Shown one piece after another: positions 42,621 to 53,098 of a stretch of 64,000 nt of DNA. The notes below the pieces were generated by a model. The model made no database searches and had not been told where the DNA came from. It was given only the letters and a program-made list of their open reading frames with translations. Position numbers and translations under genes: made by a program. Numbering within the stretch: position 1 is the stretch's first letter; each line of letters begins with the position of its first letter. Origin of the DNA: a virus (taxonomy: Duplodnaviria; Caudoviricetes); the IMG/VR virus record IMGVR_UViG_3300010885_080481. One strand, given 5' to 3'.

Positions 42621-43829
42621 TCAGAAATCAAGTCTAACTCGGAATGTCAAGTCTCTTTCGGGGCTTTTTTCGACAGGTCTACTTAGTTTAGCTACGGCTA
42701 ACAGGTTATCGTTGGCGTCATAAAGTCCAATCGACGTAATAAACGAGAAAGTTTGTTGCGTAGTTTCTTGTCCTGGGTCTATTACGGTTATTCTATTATC
42801 ATCATCAGTGAAAGTAGGATTAGAAGAATAATTGAATTCATCGGCGCCTGCTCTACAAAAAATCAAGGTGCTGTTGATGTTGGTCGTGTTTTGGAACGTT
42901 ATAGCAGTTAGAGATCCTGAACTAAATCTAGTAGAACAAATGTGGTCTACAACGTTATCAATTGATGCAGAGACGATAAAATCAGGTACAAGTTTTGATC
43001 TTCCTGCTGTTTCAGTTCCAGGACCGCCTAAGATTGTTAGGCCCGTGGGTGTCATCGCGTCGATATTTCCAGACATGAACTGACTTGCTGACGTTATCTT
43101 TTCAAGATCCATGACAGCTATTCCTCTATCATAGAACAACAATCCTACCGTTCTTGATGTGTCAGCAGCATCTACTATGTTGCCTAACTGCCCACCAAAT
43201 TCGGTTATTTGATTCGTCGATGCCCCAATGTCTGTATAGATAGACATCCCTCTCTCAGAAGTTAAATAGATGTTTGGTTTATCTACACCTCCGTCGTATC
43301 TGCTCAAGGATGCAGATTGATAAAATCGCATAGCGAAAGAATCGCGCTTTATAGCATCTCTTGCAAACAAGCGTTTAAAGGCAATAAAGAAAGCTGCGTC
43401 AATTTTATCGTTTGCGCTTTGTGAACCATAAGGCGCAACAAACTGTCGATCAGCGTCTCCTAAAAGAAGCTGGGAAAACTGTCTATAGTTATCCAATTTT
43501 TCACGCATCATCAAAGAAGAAGATGGGAAGATTTCTTTACCAGCAGAATCCACTGAAGATAACGAAGAAGAAGTGATATCAGAAGATGGAAAGACGCCGA
43601 TGGTGCAATCGAACACGGGATTGGCCGTCTGTAACGTAAAATCTTGATCGTACACGGTCTGGAACAAGGATGATGTGATTCCTGGGCCCATTCCTCCTGT
43701 TACGAAAACTTGGTATTTTCTGCGTGAGGTTGATCCGCTGACATCTTCTTGAATTACGTCAATAAGCTGACTAAGGAATGATCTAGCTGTTTTTATATCT
43801 GCTGGTTCTAATGCTTTATATGTTGCCAT
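42621..43829 (-). CDS. baseplate wedge-like protein
   Basis: C-terminal FITSIGLYDANDNLLAVAKLSRP domain homologous to the end of 40105-42594. Confidence 0.65.
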   Translation of the reverse strand: MATYKALEPADIKTARSFLSQLIDVIQEDVSGSTSRRKYQVFVTGGMGPGITSSLFQTVYDQDFTLQTANPVFDCTIGVFPSSDITSSSLSSVDSAGKEIFPSSSLMMREKLDNYRQFSQLLLGDADRQFVAPYGSQSANDKIDAAFFIAFKRLFARDAIKRDSFAMRFYQSASLSRYDGGVDKPNIYLTSERGMSIYTDIGASTNQITEFGGQLGNIVDAADTSRTVGLLFYDRGIAVMDLEKITSASQFMSGNIDAMTPTGLTILGGPGTETAGRSKLVPDFIVSASIDNVVDHICSTRFSSGSLTAITFQNTTNINSTLIFCRAGADEFNYSSNPTFTDDDNRITVIDPGQETTQQTFSFITSIGLYDANDNLLAVAKLSRPVEKSPERDLTFRVRLDF

Positions 43830-43864
43830 TTTGTCAGTTTACCAATCTTATAATTTGTAAGATG

Positions 43865-44587
43865 TCAAGTCGCTTGCTTTATGTCGATAGCAATGTCTTT
43901 AACAACCCCAGAATTTACGCCTGTAACTCTTACATAAGTTTTTATCGTATTTTTTGTGGTTCCTGTTCCGTACACATCAAACAACGTAGTTGTTAAAGAC
44001 TTAGCAGATACTACGAAATCTAATATCGCACCTCCAGTGGACGTGGTGTTAGATTTCGGTACCATATAATAAGCTCTTTGTTGATTATCGATGTTGTTAG
44101 GAGACGCGTTCGATCCCAACCTAAGAAATATGTTGGGCAAATCTACCATAAAAACTTCATCTCTTAACTCGACGTCTATTGAGGTTTCATTCAATATAGT
44201 TTGAGTCAAAGTAATTCTTGCTTGCGTTTGTTTTCCAATTGCTGTTGACGTGTAAATGACGAAAGTATTACTAGAAAAAGTAGAATCCCCTGTTAACTCT
44301 AGTTTTGGTAATCTAAGCAAATTAGGATTAGAAACGCTTATTAATTTATACTTTTGAGCATGAGCTTGGCTTGTTAATCCCTCAAAGATAGGTGTGTTCT
44401 TTTCTATCTTTTCTCTGCCTACAGTTCTACCATACTTTTTAATAATTTCGTAGTTGACTTCATCATCTCCTAAAGCGAATTTGGCTATAGAAAAGCTTCC
44501 ATCATTTCTTGACAAAAATTGTCGACCAGTGTCCGTCAATACTGCATCGAGAATAATATTGTTAGTGCTGTGGTCTAAAAAGCCCAT
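43865..44587 (-). CDS. putative baseplate structural protein
   Basis: MGFLD..IILDAVLTDTGRQFL..GSF.I.KFALGDDEVNY. Confidence 0.65.
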   Translation of the reverse strand: MGFLDHSTNNIILDAVLTDTGRQFLSRNDGSFSIAKFALGDDEVNYEIIKKYGRTVGREKIEKNTPIFEGLTSQAHAQKYKLISVSNPNLLRLPKLELTGDSTFSSNTFVIYTSTAIGKQTQARITLTQTILNETSIDVELRDEVFMVDLPNIFLRLGSNASPNNIDNQQRAYYMVPKSNTTSTGGAILDFVVSAKSLTTTLFDVYGTGTTKNTIKTYVRVTGVNSGVVKDIAIDIKQAT

Positions 44588-44666
44588 GTTTTCACCTAAA
44601 TTCTACTTGTAACTATTGGACAAGTAAATTTGTATGACCTAAATTATATTTTTGCGATATTTTTCT

Positions 44667-46526
44667 TTAAGAAGATTTTATTATTTTTATGTCTAACGCA
44701 ACATTATCTTGATTGTCTATATTGATAAAATTTATTTTGTATTTAGTGCTTTCCATTTCAGATTTAAACAACTTTACTTTATTGCTAGTCCCTTGAACTT
44801 CGTAGCAGTCTGGAGTGAAATAAGCATGTATAGTTTTCTTATTAGAAGTTTTGATAGAATCTATAAACATGTCTTCTGCTAGATAAAGATTAGGATATTG
44901 TTTTGGAGCTCCTGCAATGGAAATTGCTGTGACTATAATCTTATTTTTGTAAGAATCAAATTTGACCTTGAATTGTTCCGAGTAATTAGAAGTCAACCCG
45001 TGGGCGTCGATACAAGCTAAAGCGTAGATGTATTCTGAATCTTTCATGAATTCATCATCATAATATGACTTTTTTGGTGTTGCTGTTTTCTCTATTAACG
45101 CAGGATTTATCTCGTCTTCTAACAAAGGAAACTTAATATCTGCATCATTAAAATCATACATTTTTATCAATTCAAAAGGTTCATCAACTGATGATTTTCT
45201 TCTGAATACTTGAAAATATTTTATATCTAACTGAGAATTTATGGGGAATGTCCAATATAGAAACAAAGACCCATATTTTCCCGTGTTAGGATAAGGAGCG
45301 TTGGTGACGGAATCGTATTGCATAGTAAGTGGATTGATTCTGTCATAATTCCACATGAACTTTAACTCGGTAGGTGGTGGAGGACCAACATTCTCAGTTG
45401 TTTCAACTACAGTCACTACAGGCCTAGAAGCGATGAGACTCTTTACGGTTGACGTGTTATAGTTTACGTTATTTACAGCTGAGTACTGCACGTCTACTAC
45501 CGATCTAATGCTGTAAGAATATAACGTTCCATATCTAACGTTGAAATCAACGAATGAAGTCTTAGAAGGATTTTCTATTACAATTGTTTCTTTTTGCAAT
45601 TTGGATCCATCAGGAAAAATCTCTGATTTTTCTATGACATAGCCTACCAATCTTACAGTACTGTCAGAAACTCCAGCAACATTATTATCTGCTGAAATTA
45701 TTTCATAGTAATCAACGTTGGTTTTAAATTCGTAAGGAGGTAAAAGGCTACCTGCTTTTGCTGCATCTGGTAATAGCGTTTGAAAAGATTGTTGGTTTAA
45801 AGTCAGCGGATTACCAGCTGCATCAATGACTAAAGAATCTACAACATTGTTGCTAATTTGCGTAGATGTGCTTAGCTTTTTTAAGCTTTCTAAGTAGCTA
45901 TTTTTTATGACTGCTCCGCCATTATTTCTGAATATCGTTCCTTTGATTAAAGGCTGGCCTGATAAAGGCGGCGGAGAATCAGGATTTACTGGTTCTGCTT
46001 CTTTTGTTATGGAAGATTTTGAAGAAAAATTTGAAGAATGATTGACGCTTGTCGCTTTTTCTAAAGAAGAATTATTAAACTGCAAAGATGTATAGTAATT
46101 TCCTGAAAAATTTTCTTCATTAATTATTTTAGAATTGTAAGCAGAAACTACACCGTTGTTAGCAACTTTGATTTCAATTTTTTTAGGTCTATTAAAAGAT
46201 ACTTTTATATATCGGGGGAATTTATCTCTATTTTCTATTAATTCTGCGTCCGTGTAATCATAATTTTTTCTATTGCTGCTACCAACGATAAGATCATTAT
46301 CAATTCTCAATTTAACTCTTAAGTTTTGCAGAATGTTGTTGTCTCTGGTCGATTCATCAGTGGTAAAAAAATTATAGATAAAAGCAGAAGTTAAATTAGT
46401 AACTTCAGGTACATCCGCTGAATAAACTAGCCTAGATGGATAAGAAAAAACGCTCTGCTGGCTAAATTCTACAGATTCGAGAGCTATTTTAGCAGATTTA
46501 TTAAAAATATTTCTTGATAGTGTCAT
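44667..46526 (-). CDS. putative structural protein with Fn3/Ig-like segments
   Basis: FVDFNVRYG..YSYSIRS, PPPPTEL, LYWTFP, YIYALACID. Confidence 0.6.
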   Translation of the reverse strand: MTLSRNIFNKSAKIALESVEFSQQSVFSYPSRLVYSADVPEVTNLTSAFIYNFFTTDESTRDNNILQNLRVKLRIDNDLIVGSSNRKNYDYTDAELIENRDKFPRYIKVSFNRPKKIEIKVANNGVVSAYNSKIINEENFSGNYYTSLQFNNSSLEKATSVNHSSNFSSKSSITKEAEPVNPDSPPPLSGQPLIKGTIFRNNGGAVIKNSYLESLKKLSTSTQISNNVVDSLVIDAAGNPLTLNQQSFQTLLPDAAKAGSLLPPYEFKTNVDYYEIISADNNVAGVSDSTVRLVGYVIEKSEIFPDGSKLQKETIVIENPSKTSFVDFNVRYGTLYSYSIRSVVDVQYSAVNNVNYNTSTVKSLIASRPVVTVVETTENVGPPPPTELKFMWNYDRINPLTMQYDSVTNAPYPNTGKYGSLFLYWTFPINSQLDIKYFQVFRRKSSVDEPFELIKMYDFNDADIKFPLLEDEINPALIEKTATPKKSYYDDEFMKDSEYIYALACIDAHGLTSNYSEQFKVKFDSYKNKIIVTAISIAGAPKQYPNLYLAEDMFIDSIKTSNKKTIHAYFTPDCYEVQGTSNKVKLFKSEMESTKYKINFINIDNQDNVALDIKIIKSS

Positions 46527-46535
46527 AGCTTCTTT

Positions 46536-49500
46536 TCAAAATTTGGAATTATTGTAAGTCGACAGCTTAGCTATATTTCCTATATCATTTAATATTTCTT
46601 TAGAAATATTCTTAAGATCGCCAACGGAAGTAGAAGCTGCCTTTTTTATCTCACTTGGTTGCTTGATATTTTCAGTTAATTGTTTACCTATTGATAACTT
46701 AATAGATTTTGCATGAGTTTCTAAAACGGCAAAATAAGAGTATAACGTTACATCACTTTCAGTTTTATCGTTATCGTAGTATACATTTCCGACTTGTTTT
46801 ATCTTTCCTAAAGACACCATCGCTTCAAGCAGTTTTTTACCTATAGAAGTGCTTTGAGTTGCTGATACATCAACTTGAAACTCTGGATCGAATATTATAT
46901 TAAAAACTCTGTCAAACTTTTTAGGAGCCACCAATTTTTTGAGAAATTCTATATTGGACGGAAATATCTTTTCAGAAAAAGTCGTTGCATTTCCAAAGTT
47001 TTTTCTAGATCTGTTTTGGGATATTTCTAAAGAAAGTAAAGCCTCTGCTTCTGCTGTGTCTAGATTAAACGTTGTTTCATTAAGTACCAAGCCTGTAGTG
47101 ATCTTTAGATAATTTTCTAATAAAAAGCTAATAATATGGTTCTCTATTATTTGTGATTTTTCATAGTCATTTAAAAAGCTATATTCTTCATCATCAAGAT
47201 TTGGAACTATCGTTGATACTTCTCCACCATCTTTTGAATTAGACTTGTTAAAAAAAGAATAATTTCTAGTGTAAAGCTGCTTTATATCAGAAACGTTGTC
47301 TGGAATTTTGTCCACTATTCTAACTGGGTATCTTGATGCTTCAAACAAAAATGTTTTTGGTAAATAAATGACGTCGCTATTCAGCAAGTCCATTTTATAA
47401 ATGGATACTTTTATGATGTCATCGTGCTTGTTTGTGCTTTTTTCAAGTTGAACTTGCGTTAAAAGATTTTTTATCAAGTTTTGCGCAAGACCAACGGTTA
47501 TGATCTTTTTGTTGTATCCTTTGACTTTTGCAAATTCTTGGTTGTTAAAAAATCTCTTTAAAACTTTTACCATTTTATCGGAATGAGAAAGAGTTTCTAG
47601 ATGGTTGTTGAAATACACCTTGGAAGTATTATCGCTAGAAGTAAACTTATCAACTGAAGCGTTCATGTCTTCCAGATTAGATAGCAACAAACTCAATTGA
47701 TTTTTAGAAAGTAAAAACTTTAACTTTTCTTTACCTCCCATGTACTGTGCTAAATAAGTCAGCTCCGCTCCAGCTAATGAGTTAATTGTTGCAAGAGAAT
47801 CATTTATTCCTTTTTTTAGAGTTTTTATCGTATTCAAAGCCGTAATAATAGATGTATTCAAATATGAAATTTCATTTTTAATTTTGCTTCTTATTGGCCC
47901 TGCTGACATTAGAGCATAAACTGAATTATTAAATCCATTATTAGTCACACCAGGAGACAACTGTACGTAAGAACTCCAAAGCCAAGCTTTTTTTACATTA
48001 TCTCCTGACGAATTTACGTTAAATTTATCTTCTTTCGGTGCAGGTAATTTGCCAATAGTGTTATTGAATTGATCCATCGCCCAGGCTCTTACTTCGCTAC
48101 CTTCCATTAACTTTATGCACTTAAATAAAGTTTCAAACATCATTAACTTAATAGTTTGAAAAGACACCCCATTAAAGCTAGTTAAACCAGCTAAGTTACC
48201 AGAAGCATAAGTAAATAAAACTTTTTCAACTTCTTTAAGCACCTCAGCAATTAGCTTAAACACCGGGTTAGCTCTTAAAGCTTCACCAAATCTTAAGGCA
48301 TTTTCATATCGACACGGCAACCATGAAAATTCTCCACTCTGTAATCTATCTTCAATTTGCGAAATTGCTTGACCAAAAGTTGCCTCACCAGATTTTTCAC
48401 TTTTAGTGTTAGCTGCTGCTGCGTTTTGCTTCTCAATGTAAGATTTTATTGCGTTTATATCATCTTTTATCTCTTGAGGAAAGTCTCCTAAACTTACGCT
48501 TTTATCTTTAAGAAATCTATGTATTAAAACGTCTAAAAGGTAAAAAGAACCGTTAGGAGATGAATTGTAAAAATGTATCATCAAATAAACCAAACTTTTT
48601 AGTTTGACGTAACCAGGTTTATTGATGTGCTTTAAAAATGATATCACTCCTAAATTTGGATTGTTATAATCAAATTCTGCTTTATTTAAATTTGAGTTTA
48701 AGATATCAAAAATCTTATTAAAGAAAATAGTGGGATCTGTCGACACGTAGTTAGGCGAAAATTCTTTATTAAAAACTTGAGAATCTTTTGTGCTCAGCAT
48801 TCCTAAGTCATAAGCAATTGTAGAAAAATGCAAGTCTAAAGAAGACAACTTATTTCCCAACAAATTTGCCCTGTTTCTAAGATCATAGTTTCCATTTGAA
48901 TCTACAAATTCTACCAATCTTTCTTCGCTGTAAATGTAACTGCCGGCGTCGACTATATTAGGGAACGTATTTTTTTCTGACTTTATGATCTGGTTTTCTG
49001 ACTCTTCTAATGTGAGAACAGATTTATCATTTGTCAACAAAAAAGATAATCCTTTTAAAGAATTTTGAGAATTTGTATTGACGGGAGAATAAATCCTGTC
49101 ATTATTTTTTACGTTACCTATAACCTTTTCTAGGAAATCATAGTTAGCTGATTTATCATTAGAACTTGCTCGAAGTCCTGGCAAAGACGTATTAAAAAAG
49201 TTTAACGCATTAGCTAACTTGGCAGACGATGGGTCGTAGCACGATGATATTCTAATTTCTTTACAAATGGAATTTAAAATAACTGCAATAATTTTTGTTT
49301 CATCTAAATCTATCTTGCTTAAAGAAGCATTCAAAGCAATAAAAATATTATTAAATCTATTCGTTTCTGTTTCTATTTCATCTAGTTTTTCAGCTAGCTG
49401 CGGAGGGATTTGACTATCTGTAATAAAATCTGATATACTTTCTGAGTCGACCACTACATCTAGACTTAATCCAGAAGTAACTTCTAAATTTGTTGCTGCA

Positions 49501-50528
49501 ATTTCAGAGTCTGTTTCAAATTTTGAAAAAATAGATAACTTTTCATCACCAGCTCTAGTGGGTATAGACTTGGCATCAGAACCTGTATACGGTTCTTTTG
49601 AAACGTATAAGTTTAACAAGTTTTGTGTTTCTTTTACTAACATTAACCAAAGTTTAGTAGAAGAAAATTTAGACAAATCACTTTCTTCTATCTTTGTTAG
49701 TAACGCTAACACTTTCACTAAATTCGTTTTTTCAGTTGTTAAAGACTTACAATAATCCTTTAATAAATCTTTGTCTGTTTTTGAATCTTCTGGTATTTCT
49801 TTGCTTATAAATTCAAGCGCAGAAAAATCATAAACTTCACTAAACAAGTTTAACCTTTTTCTATCAAGCTCTATTCTTTTCAAAATTTGATAAACTGATT
49901 TTGTTGCATCGGTCAATGAAGCTACACTTTTCTTTATTGCTTCATTCCTTTTTTTTACATTTTCGTTATTTTTTAAACTGTTTATAGCCGTTGCATCATT
50001 TTCTATCTGGCGCATTGTTTGAATGTACACATCAAATAATTTGCCATGTTCGGTTTGTTCGGAATTTTGTTGAAGATACAATGGATGAAAATCAGTCAAC
50101 GCAATAATTTCAGGACGACTATCTGAAATATTGGTTAATTTTTCAAATTCTGATATAGGTTTTTGAGGGGTTGAATCATTGCTGTATGTAACGATATCAC
50201 TTTCTTGAGTTTTATTTCCAAACCCCGTGACCGAGGAAGCGTAATGTCCTAGATCTTTTAGATTACTGCTAAGTCCACCTTCTAAGTTAGTTTTGTTACC
50301 TGAAGGCTTTAATAAAGATGTGACACTTTCTTGGCCGGTGGGCCTCCCTGCGTTTGAACCAGCATCACTAGCAGGTTCTATTTTGGTAATCAAACTGCTG
50401 ATTTTAGATAATGCTTCAGCATTGGCATCTGACATACCAGAAATAGAAACTTTTGAAACAGGTTGAGTTTGAAGTCTACCTGTTTTTAAAAAAGAATTAT
50501 TAGCAGATTTTGGAAATTTTATCGTCAT
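46536..50528 (-). CDS. large hypothetical (probable virion) protein, 1330 aa
   Basis: Long ORF in the structural block; no recognised motif. Confidence 0.75.
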   Translation of the reverse strand: MTIKFPKSANNSFLKTGRLQTQPVSKVSISGMSDANAEALSKISSLITKIEPASDAGSNAGRPTGQESVTSLLKPSGNKTNLEGGLSSNLKDLGHYASSVTGFGNKTQESDIVTYSNDSTPQKPISEFEKLTNISDSRPEIIALTDFHPLYLQQNSEQTEHGKLFDVYIQTMRQIENDATAINSLKNNENVKKRNEAIKKSVASLTDATKSVYQILKRIELDRKRLNLFSEVYDFSALEFISKEIPEDSKTDKDLLKDYCKSLTTEKTNLVKVLALLTKIEESDLSKFSSTKLWLMLVKETQNLLNLYVSKEPYTGSDAKSIPTRAGDEKLSIFSKFETDSEIAATNLEVTSGLSLDVVVDSESISDFITDSQIPPQLAEKLDEIETETNRFNNIFIALNASLSKIDLDETKIIAVILNSICKEIRISSCYDPSSAKLANALNFFNTSLPGLRASSNDKSANYDFLEKVIGNVKNNDRIYSPVNTNSQNSLKGLSFLLTNDKSVLTLEESENQIIKSEKNTFPNIVDAGSYIYSEERLVEFVDSNGNYDLRNRANLLGNKLSSLDLHFSTIAYDLGMLSTKDSQVFNKEFSPNYVSTDPTIFFNKIFDILNSNLNKAEFDYNNPNLGVISFLKHINKPGYVKLKSLVYLMIHFYNSSPNGSFYLLDVLIHRFLKDKSVSLGDFPQEIKDDINAIKSYIEKQNAAAANTKSEKSGEATFGQAISQIEDRLQSGEFSWLPCRYENALRFGEALRANPVFKLIAEVLKEVEKVLFTYASGNLAGLTSFNGVSFQTIKLMMFETLFKCIKLMEGSEVRAWAMDQFNNTIGKLPAPKEDKFNVNSSGDNVKKAWLWSSYVQLSPGVTNNGFNNSVYALMSAGPIRSKIKNEISYLNTSIITALNTIKTLKKGINDSLATINSLAGAELTYLAQYMGGKEKLKFLLSKNQLSLLLSNLEDMNASVDKFTSSDNTSKVYFNNHLETLSHSDKMVKVLKRFFNNQEFAKVKGYNKKIITVGLAQNLIKNLLTQVQLEKSTNKHDDIIKVSIYKMDLLNSDVIYLPKTFLFEASRYPVRIVDKIPDNVSDIKQLYTRNYSFFNKSNSKDGGEVSTIVPNLDDEEYSFLNDYEKSQIIENHIISFLLENYLKITTGLVLNETTFNLDTAEAEALLSLEISQNRSRKNFGNATTFSEKIFPSNIEFLKKLVAPKKFDRVFNIIFDPEFQVDVSATQSTSIGKKLLEAMVSLGKIKQVGNVYYDNDKTESDVTLYSYFAVLETHAKSIKLSIGKQLTENIKQPSEIKKAASTSVGDLKNISKEILNDIGNIAKLSTYNNSKF

Positions 50529-50530
50529 AC

Positions 50531-53092
50531 TTACTCTACTAAATCTATCAATAAGTTATTAGAATACACCACATTTCCAACTGAAAAATCGGCGTGTACA
50601 GGAACCAATACGTAACTGATTTCTCCAATATCATGCTTGGTAATTTCATGAATAAAACGTATGTCTGTCGTCAAACAATGAGATTTTCCTATTAGCGTTC
50701 TAACATTTTCAATTTCTTTAAAAATTAAAATGTGATCTATAGAATTTTCATCTCCATTTATCTTACAAGTAATAGAAACCTTATTGCTTTCTATAAAATT
50801 TGCAAAAGCTTTTTCGATAGTACCAAAAGGAGTTTTGTAAGAAACTTCAAACGAATAATTGAACCCTATTTTACCAGCTATAGATTCATCTTGGCCAGTT
50901 TCATTTATAAAATTTCTAGAAAAGACTGTTCCTCTTTTCAATTTTTCAGGGTACAACTTAACAGTTGGATCATAGCTGTACTTCTTTTTTGTTTCGATGT
51001 CTTCTACTTCTGTTTTGGATGAACGAGCAATTGATTCAGGATGTCTGATTAAGGGTGTGAGAACGTATTGGTACTCATTTTCAGCCAACAGATTTTTTGC
51101 TAAAAACTTCGAAGATTGTATAGAATCCGTAAATGGTTGATTGTTGCCAATGATTCCTAAATTTTCTACATCTCCTGTAGACTTGTTGTATCTAGTAATT
51201 TGAAAACAAATTATTTTGTCGAATATTGATTGTTTTTCGTTAATACTGCTAGAAGAAAATTCAGGATAATTTCCTATAAAGATTGCTATTTGATCTCTAA
51301 ATCTAGAATTTTGTTCTTGTTCTAATTCTATAGAGGGAGTAAACTTTAAATCCAAAGTTCTTCCATTTACTTCAGAGCCTGCGGGGCGGGCGGCGGCAAT
51401 TTCAGTCGCCGTGGCGCTGGCAGCAAACCTAAGATCGTCTTTTAAAAATTCATTTAATCTTATATTGAGAGATCCACCTTCATAAGGAAGATATTCTAAA
51501 AATGCGGAATGAGAAGAAAGTTCTTCATGTCCAGACCCATTTACGATCATTGTTGTAAATTCATAAATATGATTTGGAATTAATCTATTTTTTATGAAAA
51601 TAGAGCTAGCCATTGAATTAGGACTAAAGTTTAAATTTTCTATTTGAAAAAATTCTTTTTGTTTTGTCGTGACATCTCTGTACAAAATTCTTGCGCATGT
51701 GATGTTAGGATCATGATTAAAAACTTCAATCTTTACGTTACCTTGTAAGGATAACTTGGGAATTAAAATAACTTTTTTCTTATGAGTTTTTTTACTGACT
51801 ACAATGTCAGTGAATTCTGATGATAAATTTTCAGTATAATTTGAAACAGGTATGAATCTGTAGATTGTCAAATCATCTTTGGTAACATAAAACTCAACTT
51901 TAATTGGACTTTTCGACTGAGATACATTAACAGTATCAACCTCTGAAAAAGAATCTAAAGTTCCATCATTTTTTATTACTTTTCTATAGATTTTTACTTT
52001 AGAAGCTTTTTTATCTATTTGTTTAATAGAAAATATCACCTTGCCAGTTTTTTGCGTGTAAGCAACGTGAGGAGGATGTTTTACTAGATAAAAATTGTTT
52101 AGATGTTTTTGTAAATCAAATATTTTTTCTACAGTCTCTAAAGGTAATAAAGTTTTTTTGCCAGAAGATAAAGAAACATTTTTGAATAACTCAAACTTTA
52201 CTATTAAAGAAGTGTTTTTAGTTATTTGGGATTGTTTTATATTGACCTTAGTAGAGACAGTTACAATGTCTTCTATTATTCCTTCTAAAACAGTCGAATA
52301 AGTCTTTGGTCTTGAACTATTTTGTCCTTGAAACAAATAATGATTCAATACATTACCAAGAGAGTCTCCTTGATTTTCTGGATGATTGTTTTTTCTAACT
52401 ATGCCTTGAGAAACTTCATAAGTAGATAAGTTTCTGGACTGTAACTTTGTAATTTCTGAGGGAGCTATTCCTTCTTCAAATAAAAGTTTATAGTAAGCAG
52501 ATCGTGTGTTAAATCCATCATTATTTAATCCTTGTTTGAGGTTCAATTCAGGAATATCAGATATGGAATGATGACTTACCTGAGGAACTAATTCTTCTTT
52601 GGATTTGTCTTTTTTTACACTAGATTCTATCTTTCTTAAAGATAGTTTGCTTTTTTTTCCTAGATCTGTTATGCTGCCGCCGGCTTTTATTACGCTGATC
52701 AGTTGGTTGTTTATCTTAGATGAGATATCACTAGATTTTTTAGTGACAAAATTACTGGCATCATCTTGATTAATGTTATTAATTTGGCTCCTGAAAGTAA
52801 TCAAATTTCTTATTATTTCATTACCAGTCAAATCTCTTAAAGCCTCTGAAGAAAAAATGACAGGTCTATCTTTACCACTTTCTTTTATAGTGATGTTCAG
52901 AGTGATTGCGTTTTCGGCTATAGCTTTTAATTGAGATATCTTGTACCTAAAAACAAATTGCATGTCTCCTTCTGCAATTTGCGATCGTAAACCATTGCTT
53001 TCTGAAGATGTCTCAAACATCCTCTCTAAAGTAGCAAAATTGTCTTCTACTTCTATAATTCCATTTTTTAGTTTAGGAAGATCAAAAAACAT
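50531..53092 (-). CDS. large hypothetical (probable virion) protein, 853 aa
   Basis: Beta-rich Ig/Fn3-like stretches. Confidence 0.7.
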   Translation of the reverse strand: MFFDLPKLKNGIIEVEDNFATLERMFETSSESNGLRSQIAEGDMQFVFRYKISQLKAIAENAITLNITIKESGKDRPVIFSSEALRDLTGNEIIRNLITFRSQINNINQDDASNFVTKKSSDISSKINNQLISVIKAGGSITDLGKKSKLSLRKIESSVKKDKSKEELVPQVSHHSISDIPELNLKQGLNNDGFNTRSAYYKLLFEEGIAPSEITKLQSRNLSTYEVSQGIVRKNNHPENQGDSLGNVLNHYLFQGQNSSRPKTYSTVLEGIIEDIVTVSTKVNIKQSQITKNTSLIVKFELFKNVSLSSGKKTLLPLETVEKIFDLQKHLNNFYLVKHPPHVAYTQKTGKVIFSIKQIDKKASKVKIYRKVIKNDGTLDSFSEVDTVNVSQSKSPIKVEFYVTKDDLTIYRFIPVSNYTENLSSEFTDIVVSKKTHKKKVILIPKLSLQGNVKIEVFNHDPNITCARILYRDVTTKQKEFFQIENLNFSPNSMASSIFIKNRLIPNHIYEFTTMIVNGSGHEELSSHSAFLEYLPYEGGSLNIRLNEFLKDDLRFAASATATEIAAARPAGSEVNGRTLDLKFTPSIELEQEQNSRFRDQIAIFIGNYPEFSSSSINEKQSIFDKIICFQITRYNKSTGDVENLGIIGNNQPFTDSIQSSKFLAKNLLAENEYQYVLTPLIRHPESIARSSKTEVEDIETKKKYSYDPTVKLYPEKLKRGTVFSRNFINETGQDESIAGKIGFNYSFEVSYKTPFGTIEKAFANFIESNKVSITCKINGDENSIDHILIFKEIENVRTLIGKSHCLTTDIRFIHEITKHDIGEISYVLVPVHADFSVGNVVYSNNLLIDLVE

Positions 53093-53098
53093 AATTTT

